From Intoshia linei (taxonomy: Eukaryota > Animalia > Orthonectida): 63,251 nt of DNA. Positions within the stretch are counted from its first letter, which is position 1. Each line of letters starts with the position of its first letter. Below are positions 44,801 through 59,000 of this stretch, one piece after another. Made by a program: the position numbers and the translations under genes. The notes under the pieces are model-generated. The model ran no database searches, was not told the origin of the DNA, and was given only the letters and a program-made list of their open reading frames with translations. Where the stretch lies: assembly GCA_001642005.1 (NCBI GenBank), contig LWCA01000064.1:1-63251 (forward strand). Direction: 5' to 3'.

Positions 44801-47800
44801 CTCAATTTTATTTGTTTAAACTCGGGTATATTCACTTCAAACAAAGCGGCCGATTCGTTCAATTCAATCATTTTTTGCTCCATTTCACATATTAAATTAT
44901 TTTCAGAATCGATTTGGTCATATGGATCCTCACATTCTATAAAGAATGCGCCAATTTTTCTAAATCTTTCACGGAATTCATGTTGATGCACATCAAACGA
45001 TGCTGTCTTCTTTCTTATGTTTGCTACTTCATTTGCTTGTAACGGCGCCAACTCTTGCTTAACTATAATGCTAATTTTTTTGGTGTTGTTCCATTGTTCA
45101 GGTAATTCTTGCAACATTTGATGGACTTCTTCGGGCATTTCTTGGTTGTATGTTTTCAATAATTCTATAGTTTGCTTTAAAGGTTCAAACATTTGATCTG
45201 TTGCCGATTGACGTTCTTTCACGGCCATAAGATATCCCATTGAATCTACCAATAAGTTATAATCTCCTTCTACGACTGAAACCGATATGCCTTTGTCAGT
45301 TTTTTTAATAAATTCAGCTAAATCATTTAGACTTGTCGTAACGTAATTTATCAAATTTTGTTTAAACATGTGACTCCATCTTTTAGCTAGATTTAATAAA
45401 CCTTGTTTGAAACGTCGTGAATCGATTCGAAACCAGCCATTAAAAAAAACGAACGGTTTTACATTTGTGTTTATCTCTTCATAAATTCTTTCATAGTTGT
45501 CTACTTGTTCCTTGAATTGATCAAGAGTAGGTGGACATTCCGGCACACTTTGATCCGCATATGCTTCAATTTCTTCTGTAGTTAGAACATGATTGTATAA
45601 TAGAAACTGTTTCAAAAATTCTTGTCTGTCATCTATCCAAAGATATGAATGGTTATCAAAAGAATTTCTGTAGTCACAACCACGATTCATAACATCTTGA
45701 ACTCTATCAATAAGTGTTTGGCGTATATCTAAAAATTAACATTTAATATATTTAATTTAAGAGCTGCTATAAGATAGTGATTTCCCGGAAAATGACAAAA
45801 GTCGAGAACCTAAAAATTCCCGGGAAAAATAAAACATTTTTATCCTAACTTATATAATATGCTACGCGATTTTTGTTTGTGTGTGTGTTACGCTATATTG
45901 AAATAACTACCACTCTTAGATTTTTTTAAAGACTACATTTCAATTACAGTTTTTTTCAGGACGTTTAATAAGATAAAATCCAACCTTCCAATTTTACATC
46001 TTACGGATCAAAAACTCCAGTTGTCCCGTTTTTTGAAAATCAAACGAGTTGGAGAATTTAAAAAAATATATACGATGATACGGATTTTAAAATCATAAAC
46101 ATTACCATAAATTTAAATTTAAAAAAATTTACATTCAAATACGTGACGACTTCATGGTCAAAACAGCAAAATTTATAAACAAAAAATCAAAATTTAATTC
46201 CCAGAAATTATTAAATATCCCGAGAATTTCGTCCCGGTTTTTTTCCCGGCACAACCACTACTACCAACCTTTTTGAAATTTTTTAAATTATTGCACACAT
46301 TGTATACAATTTTTGAAAAATTTCCAGTAATTCTTACATTCTGAGCCTTTTTTAATTTTTCAAAATGGGCTCTTATTTTTGAAATTTGACCATTTATTTA
46401 ACACATTTTATATTATATTCTTGAATATCAAAACTATTTTTTGTGATAGATACAAAATTTCAAGTTAAGAAACTTGAAGATGTGACTAGGGTATATGACA
46501 CTACACATCGTTCGCGAATTTTTTTTTATGGAGTCTATTAATCATTTTCGGTTGCCCTGGATCTTGATAGGTTCGGCTCTGCTTACTTGTATAACGTAAA
46601 AGTTGCTAAAAATGCATATCTGACTGGTCGTGAGTGTAAACATTTATTTAGAAAATTGACAATCCCAAAATTTTAAAATCAAACTCCAAGTCAACTTTTT
46701 ACGCTGCAAAAAAGAATGCCAATTTCAATTCCACAAATTTGCATCTTCATTGTCACCACCAAATTTAATTAAGAATTTACAAAAAATGACAACTAAGAAG
46801 TTTTTTCCAGTTAATATAATTTAACATATAGACAAAATTACACAATATTACAAATATTACACACAAAAATTATTATATTATAATTACAATTCAAAAATTA
46901 GACATTTTCAGTACATAACGTCGTTTTTTCGTAACTAATGTCATGTTTTCAAATCGTTAAGTCGTTTTTTCAAAACTAAAGTCAGTCTTATTTTTTTGGT
47001 TATTTAGTAGACCTTTAAAAACTCTTCCACTAAAATTTTGAAAATTTTTTCTTCTTTTCACGATTATCATGAAACTATCACACGCAACTTTATCAGTATT
47101 TCGACCATGAAATTTCGAAAAAAAGTATAAAAAATCACACCCTTAATGTATACTATACATTGTATAGTATACAATGTATGAAATAACAATTTATGTCTGT
47201 TTGTTTATTGGTCTAATACCATTTATTATGAAAGTAATATGCCTAGAGTTTTTTTTAGAAAATCCATTTTAATATAGTTTTACAAGGGAATATAATTGTT
47301 GTTTTACCGTAAATTTTATTTTCAGAAATTGAGTCCTTCAAAATCAAAAACCTCAATTATCTTTTCTTTAAATTCAAACAAGTCATAGAATTATGAAAAT
47401 ATAGAATCTGATAAAGATTTTAAAATAATCAATACGATGATAAATTTGAATGTCAAAATTTTATATCTTCACAGCCAAAACTATAAATTACCCTTTTTTG
47501 TAAAAATGATAAAAATCCAATATTTTATACAACATAAATTGTGGGATAGGTTTTAAAATTATAAACATTATAATATATCGCAAACCCAAAAAAGTTCATT
47601 TTCACGATCAAAATCCCAGATTACCCTTTTTGAAAAAAATTTCAATATGACAAATATACGCCTTCACGGTCAAAAAAGTACTTTAGTATTTATTTTTTTT
47701 ATTAAAACAAATTTGAATATATGACACCTTCACGGTCAAAAGTTACTTTAATATTCATTTTTTTTATTTTTATATTATTTTGTTAAAACAAAAAATTTGA

Positions 47801-50800
47801 AATAATTATCGGTCTTACAATTAAAAAAAAAAAATTATTCTGATAAAGCTTATTCTACTTTATATAGATACAAAATTTTAACCCCAGAAATCTACACATT
47901 CCCAGTCAAAAATAATTTTTTATTATATTATCAACCAATATTTTCAAATATATTTAGATTAAAATAAAAATTGAAAATGTAAATATTGATCCTACAATTT
48001 TAAAAAAAAAGTGCAATTTGTAGTCTACACATTTCCAATTGATACGTTGGCGGAAATCTCATAAATTGATTCCTTTGGATTTTTTTCATTGCTACGCAAT
48101 TTTTCATTTTCAAAAAATATAATATCACTGTACTAAATTTAGTCTAAAACTACAACAACGAAGTACTACAAAGGTACAATTTGTTTTATCTTTTTATATT
48201 TATTACAATGTTGGTAGAATTAATTGGTCATAAATTGATTCCATTTGTAAAAATTATTATATTATTTTTATTATCTTGAATTATTATTATTATTATTATA
48301 TATGCATCGTTTAATACGTATTCGTTATTCGTATTAATAATCGTATGATTATTAATGGCCTATTATTGATTTTCGGTGGCCTCGAAATGGGTAGGTTCGG
48401 CTTTGGTTATGCCTATACTTCCATCTGACAACTACTGTCATATTGTGTTTAATTTATTTTGTTTTTTAATTTCATTCAAAAATAATATATTTTCAGTGAT
48501 AATTTCATAAAAAAATGGAAAATGGGTAAGTTTTTATAAATGAAAAAATTAAATGGTAAAAGGTCATTCATATGTAAAATAGAAGATAACCTTCCAGATT
48601 TAATGTAAATCTTTTTTCTGTCAAGATTGTTTGTTGAAATATATTAAGCCCAATACATAATATTATTATTCGAAATATTCTCTGGACCGACTCAAGTTTG
48701 ATACCACTGAGACATTATTTAAATATTTCAATATGTATAAAATGTAGAAAAAAATACTAGATAAATGATCATTATTTTCAACATCAGTTTGATAATCTGC
48801 ATGTCCACAGTGTTTTGCCAACCTGGAAAAACAACTTGCCTGTTTATATATATCTCCAATAACCATATCAATTAGATCATAAAAACCATTCGATGCGTCC
48901 AATTCTAGGGCTGGTGTAAATACAATATCGGGAGCAATTAGTTCCATGTTAGACGTAAACAAGGTTAAATTATCAGTCCTAGTTTCAGTTTCTCTAACTA
49001 AATAGTCTAACGAAAATCCCACCATATTGAAAAATCCATCCACAATAATTTCGTCAATATAATCAACGTAAGCTTTCCATGTTTCAGATTCTTCGTCCTG
49101 AATTTTAAACAGGTTTTTGTTTTCTTCGACTAATTCATGCACTTTTGTAGATGTTGTAGTAATCTCCGTATACCGTTTTTTCAAACGGTCATCTCTATCA
49201 TCCAAAATAAGATTAGATTCGTTTTTTGTTTCTTTACGTTCATAAAGTGGTTGCTTTATCCACGTAAGTGTAAACTCTTTTATACTTTCCACGTTTTCTT
49301 TGCATTTTTTTACGCGTTTTTCTAGGTCGCTTACTTTTTCACTTCTTTCCAAAATATACTCCCAAGCATTTTCCGATTTCCAGTTTAATTCAGTTTCAGC
49401 AGGTTTCAACTGTTGGTCAATTTCTTCCAATTGATTTTCAATTAGAGGAAATTCTACTTCTAATACAGTGGTCCTCACGTCATTGTACCAATTAACGAGC
49501 AGAATGAGATTATTAACGTATTTTCTAAATTTTTCCTTGTTTTCAAATATAGATTTTGCAGATGCAGGTATTTCATCTCTGGATTCGTTGTTGTCCAGAA
49601 ACCTAACTTCCCGCAATATAGCCACTAACTAAAATAATAAAATTATAGCATAAATGTAAACGAAAAATTTAAACTCTTTAAATTACCTTGTTGTCAAAAT
49701 TCACATCAATCAAATTAGTTTCTTCGTTTCGTATTAATAAGGGCTGAGATAGGTTAAATTCACATGATTCGTCAATATTACTCTTCCAATCATTATGTAA
49801 TCCTTTTTCAATGCTAAATTTTTAAAATGATGATAAAATGAATCCCTATTAAAATATTAACAATGTAAATATTATATTTTAGTAATAAATTTGTACTGGT
49901 CAAATTCTTCAAAAAGTTTATCACAGCATTCAAATAATTTCAAAGCGTATTCTTTTTCAACTGATCTGAATAATAAAATATTAATATTTGACCAAATAAA
50001 AATTTACAGGTGAGGTAATTTACGAAGATTAATAATCATGTCGTTCAATCGATTTTTCATGTTTATGATCCATTTTAAAGAACCAGCTACCGGGGACATT
50101 TGTTTGATGGCTCGTAAATGATTGTTAGATTTTTTTAAAAGCTTGAAATCATTGAAAATTTTAACAGCCATTTTAAATTCATCATATCCCTTATCAACAA
50201 CTTGGTAAAATCTACTTTCAAATTGTTCTCTTACTATAGATCGTTCCAAAATTGATCCAAATATATCAATCAACTAAATATTTCATATTTTTTAATTTTT
50301 ACATACAAAAGCTCATTAATATTACAAATTTATACATGGTTATTTTTATTTTTATGAAAATTGTAAATTACTCTAAAAATTGATTGCAGTTCGTCCACAT
50401 CATCATATGCAATACATACAATGGATGCAAGGTTTCTGTCTAAATCTGAAATGATATCGAAAAAGTCGTTGTAATCTTTTACAAAACTCTAAATTATTAT
50501 ATTCAAACTTTACTGATTTCAATTACTTCATCATTCAAATCCAGGCAGTCATATGTAACACTTGCAAATATTTTGTAGTGATCGTTAAAATTATTAAAAA
50601 CATTTATGACATAGTCACCAAGTTGTCGTCCTTTAATTCCTCCCAATTCTATTTTCTCCAATTTTGTAAATTCACAAGCACAATTTATCAAATTCTATAA
50701 TGTACACATATAATATTACAGACTAATTCTAATGTGGGGAAAGTCCTGCCTTCTGAAAAATTCGAATTGTGTTTTATTTAAAATATTAATTTTCAGAAAA

Positions 50801-53800
50801 ATATTGATAAAGCGGTTTTTTCCTTAGTGGTTGGTAAAATTAGGTTTTTACTTTTCGGATCAGATAGAGGGATTTTTGATCTAAAAGTTAGATAAAATGG
50901 AATTTTTCAAAAAAATATTGCTAAAATAGGATTTTTTCCTTAAAGGTTGGTAAAATTTTGGTTTTTTCTCATACGATTTTACTAAATTAAATAAAATACT
51001 AAAATAAATATGCTAAAAATTTCGTAATCACCGCATAATAAATTTATTTCTCTCATGAGAAGCACTGCTGTATATGGTTAAATTTTATTTAGAAAGCTAC
51101 GCCCTTCAAACAGTAAATTCTTACCCACCTCTGGGTTAATTCCTATTTAACGGAATTCTTATATAACGCAAAAAATTCCTGATTAACGGTCTGAATTTTT
51201 CTAAAGCACGAAAATTCCGTTAAATTTTAACGGTTGTCTACTTAAAGCCATCCATTTTTATTAAAATTCAACCATTTTAACTTAAATCCAACTGTTTTTA
51301 CTAAAAATCAACATTTATTATCACTAAAAGGAAAAATTCGGTTTTAAAAACCCTTTAGGGAAAAATCCAGTATTACCAACCCTAAAAGGAAAAATTTCAG
51401 TTTTACCAACCCTAAAAAGAAAAATTCGGTTTTAAAAACGCTTTAGGGAAAATTTCAGTTTTACCAATCTTTAAAAGAAAAATCCAGTTTTACTAACCCT
51501 AAAAGGAAAAATTCGGTTTGTTCTTGAATATCAACTTTAATGTAATAGTTGGTCAATAGCGATTTGACTAATGTTGTAACATTTTGTCACATAACATCGC
51601 CTAGAATTACTAGCGTAGTATAATTTAATTATCTAATTTTGTCTTTACAAGTCAAACATAATTTAGGAAAAATAGATTAAAATTTAGTTTGTAAATTAAT
51701 ATACATCCGCTTATTTGTAAAAATGATAAATTAGTGAATAAATATTTATGAATCATAAAAGTCGTCAAAAAGTAATATACATTCATTGGTTGGTAAAAGT
51801 GGGTTTTTCCCTTAAGGTTTAGTAAAACTCGATTTTATAATTAAAGGTTTGTAAAAGTGAATTTGCAAGAGAAATATGAAATATAAAACCTTGATGACAA
51901 AATTAACGGTTTTTCATCATAGAATTTAGTAAAATCATGTTTTTCAAAAAAATATTGACAAAGAGAATTTTTTTATTGAGTAAAATTTTATTTTTTATTT
52001 TGGGATTTGGATTATGAAGTTGTTGCTCATATGATTTAGTCAAATCGTATTTTTCAAAATAATATTAGGAAAAAAAATATTTCCCTTAAGCCTTGGTAAT
52101 ATTGGAGATTTATTTTGTGGTTAGAATAAGAGGTTTTTCTTATAAGATTTGGTAAACTTGGATTTTTTATAAAATTTTATTAATGGTGGGATAAAAGTGG
52201 GATTTTAGAAATTATAATGTAGTGATCGTCTAAGCTTTGAAAAATCGACATCTAGAATCTCTGCAATAAATATTAAAAATTATTCTATAAAAATAAACAA
52301 AAGTTGATCAAAATTTTTCTATATTTTATTTGAATCTCACGGACCCCCAGGTATATAAATTTTGACCCCAATCGGGAACCGTTTTAATGTATACAATATT
52401 TATAACAATTCCATTTGAGAATATGAGGTCTCTATTTTACAAAAATTTAGTCGAGGACCCGAAGAGGTCTCGCGTATGACATGTTCGACTCTGCTAATAT
52501 AAAATGTATGCTTAAAAATTATATGCTTAAAATGTGTTTTTACCAAAAATTATTTATCAAAACCTATTACTCTTTGCTCAATTTTCATTTTTTTATAAAT
52601 TCAAGACTTACTTTTAATATAATGACTCTATCGATGAATTTATCGTATCTTGCTAGCACAACATCATTGGGAAATTCCCACAAAATGGGTTCTTTATTCT
52701 TAAAATATTCAGATAATTTGTTTTTATATTCAAAGTAAATATCCTTAAATTTATTAAGCATATTTAAAGCAATTTCAATTTTTGCAATGACTTCGAGATC
52801 ACTCTTAAATATTTCAGTTGGTTCCAAATAATCTACTGTCTAAAATCAATTTACATTATATAAAATTTTAGTAAACCATATTAATAAGTAAATTGGTAAT
52901 TTGTTTAAGCAATACGACAATTCTAGTGGGATGATTATAAAACTCTGAATTTGCCCACATAATACAAATGGCATGCATGAGACAATGACACAAATCTGTA
53001 ATCATGTCAAAATCAGTTTGTTCAAGATCAATCAATACATTTTTTATGGGATGCAAGTATTTGTTTATTTCCTCAGCTTCAGACAACGCAGAAACTACAT
53101 TTCGATACATATTTTTGAACAAAGGATAATACGAGCTTTTACATTTATCCAAAATATGAGCCATTTTACAAACCTTGGGGTCTTTGAGTTGATTATGAAT
53201 GTACGTCAAGTTGGTGACCTTAGTCTTCCAAAAATTAAATTCGGTTTGAGGTAGGGGTTGTTGTCCATTAAGACATGATTCCGATGAATCTTTAATTAAA
53301 AAATCGTTAATTTGATGAGTCCAATCAATAACCATTGTTTCAATGGAATGGACTATATTTTGTACATCATTCTCCTCGTCCGGATTGGAAAAATCTTGGA
53401 CGTTTTCCGCTCCAGCAGGCAATGGTAATAAGGTAATTCCTTTCGATTGCCCCGCAATAACTTTAACGCTGCTTTTCAAAGAATGTACATGTTTCAATAC
53501 GTCGTCAGTTACTACCTGTGGCCAGAATTGGTTATTTTTTTTATTGGAAAGCAACGGCATAACTACCTGCATTAAAAATTTAATTAATCAATTACACATT
53601 TTAAACAAATTTTATACAAATTACCTCGTCTATATAGGTCGACAATTGATCTATGGGAGAATGCGACATGTCTCCGTATAGCAATTTTGATGTCAACACT
53701 GCATCTTTTCCGAGTGCTTCGTTATTTTTCTTTACAAAATAACAAAATTTAGATTTTGATACACTGGGCCATTGATAGCCGACACTCAGTGTACCTGAAT

Positions 53801-53987
53801 TGCATGTCAATATCAATTGATTGATTTCGGCTTTATCAAAATAATCTCGAAATAACATTTGATTCTCCTCCAATCCATACATTTTCGACCATCTGTCTTG
53901 TTTCAACTTAAACGTCTTTAACGCATACGCCGCCACAAATTCTATTCTAGTATCATTAATTTCAAGTTCACTTATATTTATATTCAT
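23860..53987 (-). CDS. Axonemal outer-arm dynein heavy chain, beta-type (DNAH9/11/17 group), about 28 exons, complete
   Basis: Tail, linker and P-loops [20 protein letters not shown]|TGKT and GVGGSGKQ are present, with CFDEFNRI, the stalk/MTBD (31037-32698) and the C-terminus [18 protein letters not shown]...[10 protein letters not shown]. Junctions checked are GT-AG and in phase. Seven introns are 1.5-3.7 kb. The start codon is tentative. Confidence 0.97.
27256..27579 (+). mobile_element. 324-bp Buster-type hAT MITE
   Basis: TIR CAGGGATCGG / CCGACTCCTG and TSD CTCTAGAG / ATCTAGAG. Confidence 0.88.
27942..28408 (+). mobile_element. Buster-type hAT MITE with internal ~29-bp repeats
   Basis: TIR CAATGGTTCCC / GGGGACCACTG and TSD CTCTAAGA / CCCTAATA. 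Family members at ~32896-33400, 36939-37599, ~51800-52380 (minus) and 59139-60152. Confidence 0.85.
28441..30236 (+). mobile_element. Composite Buster-type hAT element with nested repeats
   Basis: TIR CAGTGATTCCCAACCT / AGGTTCAGAAACACTG and TSD ATCTAACA / CTCTAACA. It contains Helitron-like sequence that is itself interrupted at ~28950-29680. Confidence 0.82.
36939..37599 (+). mobile_element. Buster-type hAT MITE (same family as 27942-28408)
   Basis: CAGTCGTT...AACACTG termini, TSD TCTTAAAG / ACTTAGAG and shared internal sequence. Confidence 0.8.
39827..41034. mobile_element. TAG-terminated hAT derivative containing a Helitron-like copy (~40140-40925, minus)
   Basis: TIR TAGTGCTGGC / GCTAGCACTA, CTCGAG-rich subtermini and a degenerate TSD CTCTGTAG / CCCTGAAA. 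The inner copy has three tandem ~55-bp units at ~40600-40760. Confidence 0.65.
41800..43384 (+). mobile_element. Internally deleted Buster/Charlie hAT transposon with transposase remnants
   Basis: TIR CAGTGGTTCTTA / TAAGGAACCACTG and TSD CCTTAGGT / CCTTAGAA. N-terminal BED-finger relic [28 protein letters not shown] at ~42100-42250. C-terminal relic [29 protein letters not shown] at ~42550-42710. A MITE is nested at ~42985-43215. Confidence 0.9.
45775..46260. mobile_element. hAT derivative (family of 12608-13327) with an inserted Helitron-like 5' segment at 45843
   Basis: Shares TTTCCCGG.AAATGACAAAAGTCGAGAACC and the right end CCCGGCAC/TAA.CACTA with 12608-13327. The insert starts A|TCCTAACTTATATAAT. 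Confidence 0.75.
51325..51518. repeat. ~29-bp minisatellite, about 6-7 degenerate units
   Basis: Repeated units of the form AAAAGGAAAAATT(T)CAGTTTTACCAACCCT. Confidence 0.75.
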
Positions 53988-54279
53988 TCCTCTAAAAAAT
54001 ATAAATTTAGCCAATGTTTGTTATTGGTTGCGGTGATTTAGTATATGACATTTTTTAACTTATTTTAATTATATTTTTGTTTTGTTATAATTATTATAGC
54101 AATTTTATTCAATTCAGAAATTACATTTCCAATTGTTTATAATTTTGATTTTAGAAATAAATCTTTTAGATAAGGGATCTCATACTTTTTTACTGAAGCC
54201 AAATTGATTGAAATATATACCCGCGAAGATGATAAATTTAATATTGGTTTTTTATTATTACTGTCACTATTAACTAAAC

Positions 54280-54583
54280 CAAGGGTCGGCAACCAGTGGC
54301 CCACAGAATAATTTTGGTGGTAGTTTGAGTAAATATGTAAATTATTTATTTATTATTTATAAATTTTTCAACTTTTAAACACTTTTAACTGGCATAATTG
54401 GGTCATTTTAATCATTTTTACTCTGAATTTTCAGATTACCGTGGATATTATTTTGTTGAATATACTAGAACCGTTTCTCTTTAGTTAAAATTGAAAATTA
54501 TCATGTATAAATTTTCAAAAACTGGCCATATAATTTTTTGATAAAAAAAGTGCCCACCAGACACAAAAGGTTTCCGACCCCAG
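54280..54583 (-). mobile_element. Buster-type hAT MITE (family of 27256-27579)
   Basis: TIR CAAGGGTCGG / CCGACCCCAG, TSD AACTAAAC / AACTAGAG and reverse-complement similarity to the 27256 copy. Confidence 0.82.
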
Positions 54584-55059
54584 AACTAGAGCTTATTCTC
54601 GAGAAATTAAAAAAATTCATGATTATTATTACAATTATATTAACATTATATTGTAAATAATCTGAGTTGTTTTTAACATCAAATTTAACTTATCCTAAAA
54701 TATATCAAATCTTAAAAAAAAATTGCAATTTCTACTTCTAACCACTCAGAGTCGCGATTATTACGATATTTTTCCAAAACGTAAAATATTTGTGAAATTT
54801 ACCAAAATACATGTTCCATATTCGTTTCAGTATAAAACACTATACAATGTATAGCATACATGGTTAAATCTTAAGGGTTTAGCTAATTTTGAGTATTGCG
54901 AAGCCTCATGTCGGACTGTAAGACTGTAACAAAGTTGTACTTTTAGTTGCTGTAGTTTTAAAATAAATTTCGTTAAATTTTTTAAAAATGAGTAAAATGA
55001 GTAGAGAATGAAAAATTGCATAGCAATGAAAAAAAATCCAAATGAATTATATAGATTTT

Positions 55060-55923
55060 CACTCATATTTCTTTATTGGAATGTGTAGACGTACAATGAA
55101 CAATTTTTTTTAAATTATAGGATTAATATTTACATTTTCAATATTAAGTTTAATCGAATGATTTGAAAAATATTGGTTGATAATATATTAAAAATTATTT
55201 TTCATCGGGAATCCGTGTATTTCTCGGGTTGAAATTTTTTATTTATATCAACTGGAATAAGCTCTATCAGAATAATCTTTTTTTTAATTTTCGGACTGTT
55301 ATTGTTATTATTAATGTTAAAGTATTATTATTTCACATTTTTTGTTAATAAAATATTTTGGAAAAAAATTAAAAAAATGAATATTAAAGTACTTTTTTGA
55401 CCGTGAAGGCGTCACTTATTCAGATTTAAATTTTTTGTGTGTCTTAACAAAATACAACTGTACCATTTTTCAATTCTAGGGTAATATTGGTTTTGATCGT
55501 GAAAATTATTCTTTTTGAGGTTTCATTTATGACAATGTTTATGATTTTAAAAACTATTCCAGAATTTATGGTTAAAAAATTTTTAATTTATATTTGATTT
55601 TTAAAACAAATGGTAATTTGAGATATTGACCATGAAGGTATGTGTTCCTGAAGCTGAGATTAACGACAATGTTAATGCTTTTAAAACGCATTCCAGAATG
55701 TAATTTTTATTAAATTTTTGGGTTGATTTTGGTGATGATTTTTTTTAACAAAAGGGGAAATTGACTTTTTGACCCTGAAGGACTCAAATTGCAAAATTTA
55801 AATATGGATAAAAACACGTCTTGGGCAAAACGGTAATTGAAATTGGGTTTTTTTAAATGCGACTTTGAATTTTTGTAATAAATGGTTACACACACAGACA
55901 TTCATTTTTATATAAGTAAAGGA
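55060..55923 (-). mobile_element. Helitron-like repeat copy
   Basis: Minus-strand start A|TCCTTTACTTATATAAAAATGAATGTCTGTGTGTG, colinear with the 3204 and 57359 copies. Confidence 0.65.
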
Positions 55924-56042
55924 TATAAAATACACGAATAAAATAATAAATAGGAAATTAATTTTTGATTCAAAACAGCGTAGTAAATTCTTCGAAGACA
56001 GTCAGTATTTTTTTATCAATTATTTATTTTTAAAATTATACA

Positions 56043-59000
56043 ATGGGAAAAATGCCCACCACTGTAAATAAGAAAATTTATTTAGACTTTCTTGACTTAA
56101 GCATTTTCCATTAAATTTTTAAATGTAATTTATGTTTAAAATATGTACATTGTATAATTATTATTTTTTAATATACATGTATTTTGTGTGCTCTGGAATT
56201 CTGAATCGTTGAAAAATATCATGGGAAGTATAAGATTTATAAGCACAGGTTTACAAAAATAATTTACAACTAAATCAAATCAAGCTAAAAAATAGTCCAT
56301 AATTAAAATGTATACTTTTTTACACGTCAATGATTTGACTAAAAACTTTAGATTCTATAATATGGAATTTATAACTTATACGTGACATTCAACCATATAT
56401 AGTTTGATATGAACTACGTTAATATTGTACAATATTTAATTTAATTTTAATGCATTTGTAAATCTTAACAAAAAATTAAATCATAACTATAATTAGGACC
56501 ATGTTGTAAATTATAATTTAATTTAATTTAATTATTCAGAAATACAAAAAATGGAGCAAGCAAATAAAAGATTTAAAGTAACAATTGAGTTTATTAAAAA
56601 AAATAGAACAATTCAGTATGATAATATTACTTCTTAATTTGTTACTTTTATAAACAATAAAAGCAATTCATATGTACAAAATATTTACTCAACTTTCGTG
56701 TTAATCACTTGTTCAAAATAATAATTTTATTATTCAATTGACAGTTTGTGGTAACTGATTGTTATATATCAATCTACAAACTCAATAAGCACAATATTTC
56801 ATACATTAACAATACAATATTACGAATCTTTATGAGTTTTTATAGTAAATCTGAGCAGGGTTGTTCTCTTTCTTGTGTTCGACCCAAAACATCAAATAGA
56901 TTACATTATGCCGATCCGACATACCAACAAGATTTTAGATATGGAAATTATTACTCTGAACCAATCGAGGTTTATCATACATTTAAACTATTATTTCAAA
57001 TATAATTATAAAGTCAAAACCATACAATAAAAAGCAGATATTTATCTCACGGTTAGTGTTAATCAAATTTTTAACGAGTTATTATTTATAATAAAAATTC
57101 CAAAATGTCCAATCCACAATTATTAATAACATTTAGTTGTGGTCAGAACGACTTATTGAATCTTTTCTAATGCTGACGCCTTACATACATGTATCTTAAA
57201 TTGAAATTGAATCCTTGATAAAAATTAACAAAATATGATAATTAAAATGATAATATGACCAATAGTCGCTGATCACCTCAATTAACATTATAAAAGTGAC
57301 CAACTGACAATTAAATGAAAAATGCGATAAAAACTTAAATTTATGTAAAAAATAATTATCCTTACTTATATACATGTAACATGCTATGAAATATTTGTTT
57401 GTGAGTGTGTGTTACCGTTTATTTCAACAACTACCAGTCTTGGTATTATTATAAAATCCACATTTCAATTACAGTTTTTTCCGGGGTGTCAGCTAAATAA
57501 ATTTCAACCTCCCAAACTTACATCTTACGGGTCAAAAAGCTCAATTGTTCTTTATTTTGAAAATCAAACGAGTTCGAGAATATAAAAAAATATATACTAT
57601 GATGCGGATTTTAAAATTATAAATTTAAATTTAAAAAAAATTCAATCTTTCAGGGCCAAAACTCCAAATGACCTTTTTTTTAATGAAAACAACCCTATAA
57701 TTTAAAAAATTTAGAGGTGGTACAGTTATATCCTGTTAACACACACAAAAAATTTCAATCTGATTAAGCTACGCCTTCACGGTCAAAAAAGCATTTTAGT
57801 ATTCATTATATTTTTTTCCGAAATATTTTATTAACAAAAAATGTGAAATAATTAACGATCCGAAAATTAAAAAAAAAGATTATTCTGATAGAGCTTATTC
57901 CAGTTGATATAAATACAAAAGTAAACCCAAGAAATCTACGCATTCCCGATGAAAAATTATTTTTAATATATTATCAACCAATATTTTTCAAATATTTCGA
58001 TAAAATAAATAATTGAAAATCTATATAATTCATTCCTACGGAATTTTTTTCATTACTACGCTATTCTTAAATTTTAAATTCTGATTTTTAAAACATTTTG
58101 TTTCAAATTTAAATTAAAATTACAACAACGATTACTAAAGATTACTTTGTTATCATTTTTATATTTATTACAATTCTTGTCAATATTAGTATAATTCACC
58201 TGAAATATGTTTATAAAGTGAACATTCCGTTAATTATTGATACATAATTGGTATTTTTAAATATTTATTAAATTGGTACTGAATATATATATATATATAT
58301 CAGTGATGAATCATAGATAATAATTATATAGGGTCTCGGTATTTTATTGTAGGCCGGGCTCTGATTGAGTAGTATTATTATTATTTCATGTGATGTATAA
58401 TTTTGCTATATTTAGATACCGAGATCTGTAAATTCAGCCCATATATGCAAATGCAAACATTGCAAATACCACAGAAATAGAGATAACTGCGAGTCACTAG
58501 AAAACGAAAAAATAGTATCATCAAACTACAATTATTTATACAAAAGACTCCCGAAACCAGTGTAATAATAGTATTAATGATTACACCAGGCATTTTCTAC
58601 ATTTTCAACCTGTGATATGGATCTTTTCATTTTTTTATGGTCATATTTTTGATTTAAATCAAATTAAAGTTTTATGACATAAAAATATATAAACAGAGTT
58701 ATTTTCGATGGCATAGTTAGCTTTTTGGTGAGCGGATCGATTGAAAAACACTGCAATATTTTATATTAATCAAATCTAAATATTTCTGGGAACGATAAAC
58801 ATTATGTGGACCCAAGGGTCACAGATATTATTGATTATTATTGATACAGATATATTCACAGGGGTTACAGGCAAGTTCAACTTTCCTAATGCATATCTCG
58901 ATACCAAATATATGACAAATTATTCATTCACGATAGCTAATGGTAAAATTTAAAGACAGCAGATAAGTTTTATGATTGTTCAAAATATACCCATTAGTCA

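Noticed and set aside
51325-51518. CRISPR-like periodicity
   Set aside because: The units are contiguous degenerate tandem repeats without unique spacers, in a eukaryotic intron.
24017-53681. Many plus-strand ORFs of 60-112 aa opposite dynein exons
   Set aside because: They are antisense shadows of coding sequence and show no independent motifs.
53992-54051. GC-AG intron extending the dynein N-terminus (MSYTKSPG)
   Set aside because: It is in frame, but the GC donor has no consensus support and cannot be preferred over a UTR intron or trans-splice acceptor.
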